From positions 10,425 through 74,424 of the forward strand of contig JAYENT010000019.1 of assembly GCA_034722245.1 (NCBI GenBank): DNA of 64,000 nucleotides, in the 5' to 3' direction. The stretch comes from Chloroflexota bacterium (GTDB lineage: Bacteria; Chloroflexota; Anaerolineae; UBA1429). Shown piece after piece: positions 1-8,895 of this stretch. The translations under genes and the position numbers were made by a program. The notes beneath the pieces were generated by a model. That model had not been told where the DNA came from. It did not search any database and was given only the letters and a program-made list of their open reading frames with translations. Numbering within the stretch: the stretch's first letter is position 1; the number at the start of each line of letters is the position of its first letter.

Positions 1-589
1 GTTGTAAGATGGGTGTCTCAACCTCCAGAAAACCTCGTTCATCCAAAAAGCGCCGGAGGGCAGTGATGAGGCGCGTTCGCGTGGCAAATATCTCGCGCAC
101 ATCCTCGTTGGCGATGAGGTCGAGATAGCGCTGACGATAGCGCGTCTCCGTATCTCTCAAACCATGGAACTTCTCCGGCAAGGGACGCAAGGCCTTGGCG
201 AGAAGATTCCAGGCGGCGACGTGTACCGTGATCTCTCCCGTTCGGGTGCGAAAGAGATCGCCCTCCACCTGCACGAAATCCCCGATGTCGATCTCGTCGC
301 AAAAGAGCTCGTAGTTTTCCTCCCCCAACGTGTCATGCCGCAGATAGATCTGAAGGCGTCCAGACCCATCGCGTACATGGGCAAAGGTCGATTTGCCCAT
401 CACTCGTATGGACATTAGGCGGCCGGCTACCGCAACGTGAGGAGCGTCCTGCCCCTCCCGAAAAGCCTCTAAAGCCTCCGCGGTGGTATGCGTGCGCTCC
501 CCTCGCGCGGGATAGGGCTCGATGCCCCTCTCCTGCAGCCGATCTAATTTCTCCATCCTCTGCTGTCGATGAATGCTTGTCGATGACAT
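1..589 (-). CDS. lysS: Lysine--tRNA ligase (class II), N-terminal 196 aa; the gene continues past the window start
   Basis: The reverse-strand translation from ATG 589 reads MSSTSIHRQQRMEKLDRLQERGIEPYPARGERTHTTAEALEAF...GFLEVETPILQ, a typical LysRS N-terminal anticodon-binding region ending at the start of the catalytic core. It is not in the ORF track because it runs off the window edge. greA is adjacent, as in many genomes. Confidence 0.85.
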   Translation of the reverse strand, partial: MSSTSIHRQQRMEKLDRLQERGIEPYPARGERTHTTAEALEAFREGQDAPHVAVAGRLMSIRVMGKSTFAHVRDGSGRLQIYLRHDTLGEENYELFCDEIDIGDFVQVEGDLFRTRTGEITVHVAAWNLLAKALRPLPEKFHGLRDTETRYRQRYLDLIANEDVREIFATRTRLITALRRFLDERGFLEVETPILQ

Positions 590-698
590 CAAAACTCCCT
601 CTACCTTGCCCCCGTTTCACGCCTGCTGCCTAACCTCCGCCGTCCCTGGAACCTTTCTCAGTGCGTCGGCGCACTCTTTCCCCAAGATCCTGCGCGCT

Positions 699-1172
699 CT
701 ATTCCACAACGAGGATTTCAAAAGAAAGGCTACCTGCGGGGGTCTTGACCTCGACCTCGTCCCCAACGCGGTGCCCAATAAGCGCCTTCCCTAAGGGTGA
801 AACGTTGGAAATGCGCCCCTGTGAGGGATCAGACTCTGCCGATCCCACGATCTTGTATGTCTCGGACTCCGAACTCCCTCGCTCTCTTATCGTGACGCTC
901 GACCCGATATCCACCTCCACCCCATGGGAACCCGACTCCTCAACGATTTCTGCGTTGGCGAGAACGGCCTCAATCTCCCTGATCCGTCCCTCGATAAAGG
1001 CCTGTTCGCGCTTTGTCTCCTCGTAGCCGGCATTCTCGGTTATGTCCCCCTCTTGAATGGCCGCTCTCAGGTTAGCAGCTACCTGGGGCCGTTTCTCCTT
1101 CTTGAGCCGGTCGAGTTCCTTCTCCAACATGGCTTTGCCCTCAGATGTGAGGAAATGAACTCTTTCTGGCAT
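699..1172 (-). CDS. greA: Transcription elongation factor GreA
   Basis: Track ORF 699..1235 with the internal start ATG 1172 (MPERVHFLTSEGKAMLEKELDRLK...). It has a coiled-coil N-domain plus an FKBP-like C-domain (GHRVGDEVEVKTPAG). Confidence 0.9.
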   Translation of the reverse strand: MPERVHFLTSEGKAMLEKELDRLKKEKRPQVAANLRAAIQEGDITENAGYEETKREQAFIEGRIREIEAVLANAEIVEESGSHGVEVDIGSSVTIRERGSSESETYKIVGSAESDPSQGRISNVSPLGKALIGHRVGDEVEVKTPAGSLSFEILVVE

Positions 1173-1294
1173 GGTCAAACACCTCTTTTTTATTGACAGG
1201 AACGAAAAAAAGCGCCCAAAGGCGCAAAAGCTCAAGTCTATACCAATATCGAAATCAATTATAGCCTATAGCGACCATCCTGCAAAATCTGAGA

Positions 1295-2098
1295 TTGTTG
1301 GCCTACATGGCGCTTTCTGCTACACTAATAAGTGATCATCACACGTCCTGCGCATCCGAGGGTAGCGGAGAGAGAACCATGGGCTCTGATGGAGATAGAA
1401 CGCGCGCTTCGGCACACGCTTCGTCGGCAGAGTATGCGCGCTCACACGACGCCCCAGCGCACCTCCCATGCGTCGTAGGCTACCTCCTGCTCCTTGCGTC
1501 CCTGGCATGTTTACGTCCCCGCCTCTCTGTTATGGCCGACACGCCCTACGTTCTACCATCCACGGAGACACCCTCCTCTGATGGCTACCCTGTGTCGGGC
1601 CCCACGGCAACCTCCGCCGACGACCGCACAGGAACGCCGACTCGCACAGCCCCTCCCTCCTCCACTGACGACGCCGCACATCCCAGCCCCACGGCCTCCG
1701 GGCCAGCGCCCACCTGGGCGGACGTCGAATCTGTCACGGAACCGCCGTCGACAACACAGGCCGTGGCCCCCACAAATACCGGAAGCACGAGGGAAGCATA
1801 TACGCCAACGGAGGTCACCGCCGAACCAACGCCTCAGGGAGAGCCCGGTTCCCCCACAAGGCACCTGACGCCCGCAGGAAGAGAGCCCTCAAGCGAACCG
1901 GATCTGATGTTGACGCTCCCCCCTAGCAACGACGTCGTGGCGCTTCCCACTATCGTGAAACCAGCGTCAACCGCGTCCCCTGCCCAAGGCCCTCTCATAC
2001 CCCAGGAGCTCTTTACGTGCTCGGTTGTCCTGTTGGTGCTCTTCACAATCGCCCTCGGCTTGTCCCTGACAAGATCAAGGAAAAACGAGTCCCGATAA
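1295..2098 (+). CDS. Hypothetical Pro/Thr/Ser-rich protein with an N-terminal hydrophobic segment and a C-terminal TM helix followed by a basic tail (RSRKNESR)
   Basis: 267-aa ORF with high GC3 consistent with coding. A hydrophobic stretch LPCVVGYLLLLASLACL near the N-terminus is followed by a long low-complexity P/T/S linker and a C-terminal LLVLFTIALGLSL + RSRKN sorting-signal-like end. No recognisable domain. Confidence 0.3.
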   Translation: MLAYMALSATLISDHHTSCASEGSGERTMGSDGDRTRASAHASSAEYARSHDAPAHLPCVVGYLLLLASLACLRPRLSVMADTPYVLPSTETPSSDGYPVSGPTATSADDRTGTPTRTAPPSSTDDAAHPSPTASGPAPTWADVESVTEPPSTTQAVAPTNTGSTREAYTPTEVTAEPTPQGEPGSPTRHLTPAGREPSSEPDLMLTLPPSNDVVALPTIVKPASTASPAQGPLIPQELFTCSVVLLVLFTIALGLSLTRSRKNESR

Positions 2099-2341
2099 TC
2101 AGGCATTGCGCGGAGCGTCATCATGATCCCTCCGTCACGCTCATAATGGTGCAGAGCGTCATCGCCACCGCACAGCCCCTTCTAAGCCTTTCCACCATGG
2201 TGAAAAGCCTGGAGTCGCCTCTTAAAGAGAGGACAAAGGGACGAAGCAAACGGATGCTTGCGATCCCCTGCATTTTTGTACTATACTCCCTCCCAGACTA
2301 CGCACGCGGCACATGGGCTCGCCATCGGGAGGAATAGCGCC

Positions 2342-3541
2342 ATGAGAATCGAAAGCATAGAGACATTCATTCTAAAAGTGCCCCTGGGTGAGAAACGCTT
2401 CTTCTCCTCGCAATGCGCCTTTCCGGCGCGCAACAGCCTACTGGTGCGCATCCGAACGGACGCGGGAATCACCGGCTGGGGAGAGGGTGGGCAGTACGGA
2501 CCACCCGAGCCGGTGGCCACCTGCATCAACGCCGTGCTGGCCCCTCGCATCCTGGGGCGCGATCCCAAGCAGCCACGGCGCATCTGGGAGGAGCTTTATG
2601 CGGCGACGCGCGACTTTGGGCAAAAGGGAACCTACATCGAGGCCATCAGCGCCATCGACATCGCTCTGTGGGACATCCTGGGCCAGGCGGTGGGCGAACC
2701 GGTGCACCTTCTGCTAGGAGGAGCCTTTCGGGATAGCATCCATGCCTACGCTACGGGATGCTACTACCGGGGCGAGGAATATCTGGACCACACCGCATCC
2801 ATTCCACAACTCGTGGAAGAAGCCCGCTCCTACGTCTCTGCAGGCTTTGACATGCTCAAGATCAAGGTGGGGCTCCTCACCGTGGAGGCGGATCTGGAGC
2901 GAGCCGCCGCGATCCGAGAGGCCATTGGCCCCGAAATCAAGCTCATGGTGGACGCCAACCACGCCTACAACGCCTTCACCGCCCTACGTATGGGACGCGG
3001 GCTTGAGGAACTGGATGTCACTTGGTTCGAGGAGCCCGTGCCACCAGAGGATCACGAGGGCTACCGCCGTGTGCGCGAGGGGCTGGAGATCGCCATCGCG
3101 GGGGGCGAGTGCGAGTTCACCCGCTACGGCTTCAAGACCTTTCTCTCCACAGGATGTGTGGATATCGCACAGCCAGACCTCTGCGCGGCGGGCGGCTTCT
3201 CCGAATGGCAGAATATCCAGTCCCTGGCATCCTCCTTTGGCACATGGGTCATCCCCCACGTATGGGGCTCCGGCGTAGCACTGGCAGCCGCACTACACGT
3301 GCTGGCCACCATTCCGCCGTTCCCCCACACTGCCAACGTGATCCCGCTACAGAACGAACCTGTAATAGAGTTTGATCGTAACCCCAATGCCCTGCGAGAT
3401 GACCTCTTGGTGAAGCCCATTGAGCTTGTGGGCCAACAAGTTCCCGTACCACAAGGGGATGGCCTGGGCATCGAGATCGACGAGACGGCACTGATGGCAT
3501 TCTGCCAATCTCGAGAACGCTCAACCGCCGATTCGCTGTGA
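2342..3541 (+). CDS. Enolase-superfamily enzyme (mandelate racemase / muconate lactonizing enzyme family; sugar-acid dehydratase-like)
   Basis: Track ORF 2258..3541 with start at ATG 2342 (MRIESIETFILKVPL). RBS GGGAGG 9 nt upstream; TACTATACT -10-like box at about 2285. It has the MR/MLE N-terminal capping domain and KxK / D-E-D metal-ligand pattern (KIKVG, MVDAN, WFEEP, IAGGE). Confidence 0.85.
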   Translation: MRIESIETFILKVPLGEKRFFSSQCAFPARNSLLVRIRTDAGITGWGEGGQYGPPEPVATCINAVLAPRILGRDPKQPRRIWEELYAATRDFGQKGTYIEAISAIDIALWDILGQAVGEPVHLLLGGAFRDSIHAYATGCYYRGEEYLDHTASIPQLVEEARSYVSAGFDMLKIKVGLLTVEADLERAAAIREAIGPEIKLMVDANHAYNAFTALRMGRGLEELDVTWFEEPVPPEDHEGYRRVREGLEIAIAGGECEFTRYGFKTFLSTGCVDIAQPDLCAAGGFSEWQNIQSLASSFGTWVIPHVWGSGVALAAALHVLATIPPFPHTANVIPLQNEPVIEFDRNPNALRDDLLVKPIELVGQQVPVPQGDGLGIEIDETALMAFCQSRERSTADSL

Positions 3542-3563
3542 ACCGACTGTCATAGGAGGCAAC

Positions 3564-3809
3564 ATGGATTTCTGGGGACGAACCTCAATCATCAGTGCAC
3601 AAGAAAACGTACGCTTCGATCGCGCCCACTTTAGCAGTTACGGCGAGTTTTCGTTCAATTTTGATGTGCTATATCACGTTCTGAACGCGGACTTCTCCAC
3701 GCATATGGAGACGAAACAAAACATCAACCTAGAGATTCTGCGAAGATTTGAAGAGGAAGGCATCGTCATGCCTTACCCAACACAGCATATCTATCTGACG
3801 GAGCAGTAG
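3564..3809 (+). CDS. Stand-alone 81-aa ORF homologous only to the C-terminal cytoplasmic domain of MscS mechanosensitive channels (remnant or mini-protein)
   Basis: MDFWGRTSIIS...NINLEILRRFEEEGIVMPYPTQHIYL matches the MscS C-terminal motif (...i.eaf.e.GIeiPfPqr.v). The ATG is preceded by AGGAGG at 4-5 nt. Local GC is clearly lower than the neighbouring genes. No MscS TM part is present upstream. Confidence 0.5.
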   Translation: MDFWGRTSIISAQENVRFDRAHFSSYGEFSFNFDVLYHVLNADFSTHMETKQNINLEILRRFEEEGIVMPYPTQHIYLTEQ

Positions 3810-3825
3810 AGGAACCAGAAGCAAC

Positions 3826-3854
3826 AAAAAAACGGGCACCTTTGTCGATGCCCG
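3826..3854 (-). terminator. Intrinsic terminator of the cold-shock gene (minus strand): CGGGCA-N10-TGCCCG followed by T7 on the minus strand
   Basis: Forward aaaaaaaCGGGCAcctttgtcgaTGCCCG, immediately 3' of the csp stop (3875). Confidence 0.6.
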
Positions 3855-3874
3855 CTTCGAGTGTTTCAGATCGT

Positions 3875-4213
3875 CTAGTAGCCGTAACTGCTCAACTTGA
3901 CTACGTCGACTGCCTGAGGCCCCTTGGGGTTGGATTCGACACTGAACTCGACCCGATCACCCTCGGTCAAGTTACGGAACCCAGTTCCACGAATAGCAGA
4001 GTAGTGAACGAACACATCACTACCACCTTCTCTGGAAATGAATCCATAGCCCTTTTCTGTATTGAACCATTTTACTGTGCCCGTGATTCGTTCCTCTTCG
4101 GCCATGTCCTCTTCCTCCGGCATCTCAGCCTCGACGGCCTCTTCCGTCTCTTCAAACTCTTCCTCGTCGGCGGTATCCTCAAATCCCGCGCTTCCGTAAA
4201 TATCGTCAGACAT
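3875..4213 (-). CDS. csp: Cold-shock protein (CspA family) with about 48-aa acidic N-terminal extension; alternative start ATG 4105 would give a canonical 76-aa Csp
   Basis: [30 protein letters not shown] (RNP1/RNP2 motifs). ATG 4213 has RBS GGAGGG at 9 nt; internal ATG 4105 (MAEEERITG...) also has GGAGG at 8 nt. Confidence 0.85.
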   Translation of the reverse strand: MSDDIYGSAGFEDTADEEEFEETEEAVEAEMPEEEDMAEEERITGTVKWFNTEKGYGFISREGGSDVFVHYSAIRGTGFRNLTEGDRVEFSVESNPKGPQAVDVVKLSSYGY

Positions 4214-4973
4214 TCGTGTCTGCCCTCCTACAACGTACACAATGAACACTTGCCGCAGAACGAACTAAGCCTGCTCGCGATTTTCACAATTACCGCCACG
4301 GCTCTCTCGATCCGGATGGCAGATCCATGGGAACACCCGAAACAAAACCCGTTACGTTCCATCATCAAACAGTATACACCTCTTTCAGCACTTGTCAAAT
4401 CATGATTTCGAATTGCGGCCAGCCTCCACATAACCATAGTATATGCCTATATCTTCTTCTGACCACTCTTCTTGCAGGGCAGTCGATTTCCCCATAGCAT
4501 GGGTAAGGACAGCTTGCGCTAGCAAAGCTTTGGAAGGCATAATGATATACGATCTGGCAACTTTGGAGTTCGGGCCAACAAGCAACCAAGGTATGCAATC
4601 CACAGGCGAGGATGTCCTGAACTGGCTTCTCTCCCGTCGGAATGGGAACTATGCACAGAGTCAACAAAAAGCTGGCCTGCGAGTTGCCACTGTGCAAAAA
4701 GTTCCGCTACAATATCATCTGCTGCGAGGATAGAGGGGGCTCTTTTCCTTCTAATGCAAAAGCTGCATCATACAGGGTGGGAACCGATTGGTCGCTCCAT
4801 GAACAAGACCTGGGTCATAAAGAACTTCTTTCGCCGGGCCAGGCAGGAAATGATACAACAGGCCAAGGACACAGAAGAGGCGGGTTAGGTATACACTGGC
4901 TTCCCAGAAGCAGCCAAACCGTGGGCTCTATGCTCTTGTTACTTCAGGATATGATGCGAGAAAGGGGGGAACG

Positions 4974-5207
4974 ATGAAAGAAGGCAATGTATGCCCTTGG
5001 TACAATGAGACGTCGGGAATAAAGAGAGCGGTAGACAGAGGCCTGTTGGACAGAAAGTGGGTAGAGGAGTACTGCCTCAAAGGTGGCAAGAACTGTGTGC
5101 GCAAACGTCGCTTTGAAAACGAGGGGTACGTGTCTCCGGACTATGTGCTGCCCGATGGTACCGTGGACGAGGCCCTAAAGAAATGGGTTGAGGAGCGAAG
5201 ACGATAG
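4974..5207 (+). CDS. Hypothetical small Cys-containing protein (77 aa), translationally adjacent to the MBL-fold hydrolase
   Basis: RBS AAGGGGGG 4-5 nt before ATG. MKEGNVCPWYNETSG...C..C. The stop lies 3 nt before the next gene. No family recognised. Confidence 0.45.
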   Translation: MKEGNVCPWYNETSGIKRAVDRGLLDRKWVEEYCLKGGKNCVRKRRFENEGYVSPDYVLPDGTVDEALKKWVEERRR

Positions 5208-5209
5208 CT

Positions 5210-5845
5210 ATGTTATTGGAACGCCTCGTCGTCGGCAAATTACAGACCAACTGTTACATCGTAGGCTGTGAGCGGACCAATGACGCCATGGTCATCGATC
5301 CCGGCGACGAGGCGGAACGCGTGCTGCAATCGGTCCGCTCGGCTGGGCTGGAGGTTACGGATATCTTTCTCACCCACTTCCACTTTGATCACATCCTGGC
5401 TGCGGAAACGTTACACAAGGAAACGAAAGCCACGCTGCACATCCATAAAAGGGAAGCCAATCTCCTGACCCATCCACCGCCGATCTTTCGCACCTTTTCC
5501 CCCGAGGTGCCCCACGGACTGAAGGCGGATAACCTCCTCCATAACGGCGACGCCCTGTCCGTGGGCAAGTTGAGCATCCGCGTGCTTCACACGCCAGGCC
5601 ACTCGCCGGGGGGAATTTCCCTATGGATCCCAGAGGAGAACGCCGTCTTTTGCGGCGACACGCTCTTTCGCGAGGGCCTGGGACGCTCCGACCTGCCCGG
5701 CGGCGATCACCAGACGCTGATAAAGAACATCCGCGATAAGCTCCTCACGCTCCCCGAGGAGACGCAAGTCTATCCTGGCCATGGGGCTCCCACCACCATA
5801 GCCCACGAGATGCGCCACAATCCCTGGATCGCTAGTCAGGAATGA
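5210..5845 (+). CDS. MBL-fold metallo-hydrolase (glyoxalase II / GloB-like)
   Basis: THFHFDH zinc-binding motif, HTPGHSPG, and a C-terminal YPGHG. Confidence 0.85.
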   Translation: MLLERLVVGKLQTNCYIVGCERTNDAMVIDPGDEAERVLQSVRSAGLEVTDIFLTHFHFDHILAAETLHKETKATLHIHKREANLLTHPPPIFRTFSPEVPHGLKADNLLHNGDALSVGKLSIRVLHTPGHSPGGISLWIPEENAVFCGDTLFREGLGRSDLPGGDHQTLIKNIRDKLLTLPEETQVYPGHGAPTTIAHEMRHNPWIASQE

Positions 5846-6677
5846 CGTACCGCTCCGCGACCAAATGCTGCCCCTCGCGCCCGCACATGAAAGACAACAA
5901 ATCCGACGCTTCGCGGGGAGCAGACTCAGAGATTTCGACTCGCAAGCAATGCACGAGCGGATATTCACCCTCCCGAATGGCCTCCTGCGTCGGCAGCACC
6001 CCGTCGATGGCAAGAACCTTTACCCGCTCATCCACATAGGCCCTGGAGATGTACCCAACGGCATTGACATGCTCTGCCACATATTCTAGCACCGCGCGAT
6101 CGTGCGGCATGACCATCGCTGCCGAGGAGACCGTTTGCCCTTCCATGATGACCGCCTGAAAGAGCTCTCTCGCCGTGGCACCACTTTGACAAACGACCAA
6201 CTCTGGCTGACCGCGTCCAGCGGATAGCCTCTGCCAATCCACATAGTATCCCCCAAAGAGGGCCGAAAGTTCCTCGCGTGTGATCTCGTCCAGGGACGAC
6301 TGCCGCGACACCACCACGACCACCGCATCCAGCGCCAAAGCCATAGACGTGGACCTCTTATCCTTGCGACATCCTCCCGCCTCACTTACAACGGCCAGAT
6401 CCACCTGTCCGGCGGAGAGCAGGTCGTGCGCCGCCGACGTGTCACAGGCCACGATGTCCGTTGAAACACGTGGGTTCTCAGCCACATAAGCCGCCACAAG
6501 CTCCTTGGCCAAGGGGACCCCGGGCCAGCACACGCCCATGCGCAAAAGAACGGACTCTGAACCTCCGTCCCCTTGGCCAAGGGACGCCCCCTGTTTGTCC
6601 AGCGGCACCAGCACGCGCTCACAACTCAAAAGTACGAACACGAGTCCGAGCAAGAAAAAGCGCTCTATCGTTCTCAT
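5832..6677 (-). CDS. PstS-like phosphate-binding periplasmic protein (PBP superfamily) lipoprotein; no pstCAB adjacent
   Basis: Signal peptide plus lipobox LLSC. PBP-like_2 fold signature (GSGT/A-like, VGYISRAYV). Confidence 0.7.
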   Translation of the reverse strand: MRTIERFFLLGLVFVLLSCERVLVPLDKQGASLGQGDGGSESVLLRMGVCWPGVPLAKELVAAYVAENPRVSTDIVACDTSAAHDLLSAGQVDLAVVSEAGGCRKDKRSTSMALALDAVVVVVSRQSSLDEITREELSALFGGYYVDWQRLSAGRGQPELVVCQSGATARELFQAVIMEGQTVSSAAMVMPHDRAVLEYVAEHVNAVGYISRAYVDERVKVLAIDGVLPTQEAIREGEYPLVHCLRVEISESAPREASDLLSFMCGREGQHLVAERYVIPD

Positions 6678-6689
6678 CCTCGCCTTGTC

Positions 6690-7499
6690 CTAGCGTACCA
6701 ATCTCAGGAGCACGCCGAGTATCCCCACAGCCCAGCAATAATAAGCAAAAGGACGCAAGCTATGCGTGCGCACGTGACGCAGAAGCGTGCCGATGGCCAC
6801 GTAGCCTCCCAGGAACGCGGCGGACAAGCCGACGCCCAGCGACAAAAGATGGGAGACGTCTACGCCTCCGGTGACCAATGAGAGCATCTTGTACCCCGCC
6901 GCTCCCACGATAACGGGAATGCTCATGAGAAAGGCGAAACGCGTAGCCTCTTCCCGCGCAAGATCGCGCAGCAACCCCACAGAGATGGTAATCCCAGAGC
7001 GAGATATCCCCGGCGCAATTGCACAAGCCTGCGCCAGCCCTATAAGCAGGGCGTCCCCCACGCTCATCTGTTCCTTTGCCTTGGCGCCGTGCCCCCATCT
7101 TTCACTCAATACGATGACAAAACCCGTGATCAGCAAAAAGCCGGCCACCATCAAGACCGACCCAAATAGTCTCTCGAAAAAACCCTCCAGTGTATAGCCC
7201 ACGATGGCCCCGGGGAGCGCGCTGATCAGGATCAGGAGGGCCAAACGAGAGGATGCGTTCTGCAAGGAGAGAAACCGTAGCCCCTTCCAGGCGCCGACAG
7301 CCAACTCGGCAACCTCCACCCGAAAGTAGATAACGACGGCCAAAAGCGTACCCAAATGCACCACGGCATCGTAGGTCAGCCCGGGATCCTGCCACCCCAA
7401 TAACCAGGGCACCAGAACGAGGTGCCCAGAACTGCTCACCGGCAGGAATTCGGTGAAACCTTGTAATAACCCCAGGAAGGCAGCCCGTAGAATGGACAC
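6690..7499 (-). CDS. uppP: Undecaprenyl-diphosphatase
   Basis: GFTEFLPVSSSGHL hallmark; 8 TM segments. Confidence 0.9.
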   Translation of the reverse strand: MSILRAAFLGLLQGFTEFLPVSSSGHLVLVPWLLGWQDPGLTYDAVVHLGTLLAVVIYFRVEVAELAVGAWKGLRFLSLQNASSRLALLILISALPGAIVGYTLEGFFERLFGSVLMVAGFLLITGFVIVLSERWGHGAKAKEQMSVGDALLIGLAQACAIAPGISRSGITISVGLLRDLAREEATRFAFLMSIPVIVGAAGYKMLSLVTGGVDVSHLLSLGVGLSAAFLGGYVAIGTLLRHVRTHSLRPFAYYCWAVGILGVLLRLVR

Positions 7500-7506
7500 G
7501 GATCAG

Positions 7507-8706
7507 CTATCCTTCCGCCGAGGCGGCTCCCTCAGTCACGGCAGCGCTCTGATAACGCCGCAAAAACGCCTCGCCAAAAGCAGAGAACGTGCCCTCCTGC
7601 AGAGCATGGCGAATCTTGCCCATCAGACTGACGAGGAAATGGACGTTGTGCATCGACGTGAGGCATAGCCCTAGGATCTCGTTGCGTGTGATTAGATGTC
7701 GTATATAGGCCCTGGAAAAGTTGCTGCAGGCATAACAGGAGCAATCTTTCTGGATGGGCCGCGGGTCATCTTTGTAGCAGGCGTTGCGCAGATTTAACCG
7801 CCCATAGGGGCTGAAGACGGTCCCGTTGCGGGCCAATCGGGTGGGCAAGACGCAGTCAAAGATGTCGATGCCGCGTGCCACACACTCGATCAGATCCTCG
7901 GGAGAGCCAACGCCCATAAGATAACGAGGCTTCTCCCTGGGCAACCGAGGCGTTACGTGATCGAGGACGCGCAGCATGTCCGCTTTTGATTCGCCGACAC
8001 TGAGCCCGCCGATGGCATAGCCGGGGAAATCCATACTGGTTAGTACGCGCGCACTTTCGGCACGCAGATCCTCGAAAATCCCGCCCTGTACGATGCCGAA
8101 CAGCGCCTGGTCCGAACGGGAGTGGGCCTTGAGGCAGCGCTCGGCCCAAAGGTGCGTGCGCTTCAGCGCCTCCACATTGTAGTCGTAATCATGGGGCTCG
8201 GCACACTCGTCGAGGACCATGGCGATGTCGGAGCCAAGCTGCTCCTGCAACTCCACCACCAGCTCGGGCGTAAAACGGTGCTCGGAGCCATCCAAATGGG
8301 AGCGAAAGGTGACTCCATCATCATCCAGATTGCGCAAATCTTGTAGACTGAAAACCTGAAACCCTCCACTGTCGGTGAGTATCGGCCCGTCCCAGGCCAT
8401 GAACTCGTGCAATCCCCCCAACTCCTCGATCACCTCCGTTCCAGGCCTTAGATAGAGATGATACGTGTTGGCAAGGATCATCTGCGCTCCCAATTCCCGG
8501 AGATTGCGAGGCGAGACGGCCTTCACCGCAGCCTGGGTGCCCACGGGGCAGAAGACGGGGGTGGATACGTCGCCATGTCTCGTATGCAGCGTACCGAGAC
8601 GAGCCTTGGAGCGCTGATCCTCCAGCAAGAGATCATAGCTTACAGCCTCTCGCGATGCGGCCTTTGTCGTCTGAGGCTTTGTCATATTAGCGCTCACCGT
8701 AGCCAT
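7507..8706 (-). CDS. tgt: Queuine tRNA-ribosyltransferase (start ATG 8706 or 8685)
   Basis: ARLGTLHTRHGDVSTPVFCPVGT, DSGGFQV, and the zinc site CxCxxC...H (CSCYACSNFSRAYIRHL). Confidence 0.9.
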   Translation of the reverse strand: MATVSANMTKPQTTKAASREAVSYDLLLEDQRSKARLGTLHTRHGDVSTPVFCPVGTQAAVKAVSPRNLRELGAQMILANTYHLYLRPGTEVIEELGGLHEFMAWDGPILTDSGGFQVFSLQDLRNLDDDGVTFRSHLDGSEHRFTPELVVELQEQLGSDIAMVLDECAEPHDYDYNVEALKRTHLWAERCLKAHSRSDQALFGIVQGGIFEDLRAESARVLTSMDFPGYAIGGLSVGESKADMLRVLDHVTPRLPREKPRYLMGVGSPEDLIECVARGIDIFDCVLPTRLARNGTVFSPYGRLNLRNACYKDDPRPIQKDCSCYACSNFSRAYIRHLITRNEILGLCLTSMHNVHFLVSLMGKIRHALQEGTFSAFGEAFLRRYQSAAVTEGAASAEG

Positions 8707-8895
8707 ACGTGAGAGAACCCCCCAGAAAGGAAATTCTGGGAGGTTTTCCACGCATCAGAAAAAGGTAGCTATCCACCCGCGGCTTCCCTGGAAAACAAAG
8801 CCAAAAGAAACCTCCCTAAATCACTATACAAACTTATTGTAGATCATTCCACACAAGACACCAAAAGCGCAGAGCCCAAGGGCTGACCCCGCCCC

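Noticed and set aside
2017-2337. ORF 2017-2337 (+) between the P/T-rich ORF and the enolase-family gene.
   Set aside because: It overlaps both neighbours and has no motifs. The region is better explained as the enolase-family gene's promoter (TACTATACT) and RBS.
4400-4420. tRNA/tmRNA T-loop-like TTCGAAT.
   Set aside because: No flanking complementary T-stem or acceptor stem, and no CCA-adjacent structure. No tRNA, tmRNA or rRNA could be supported anywhere in the window.
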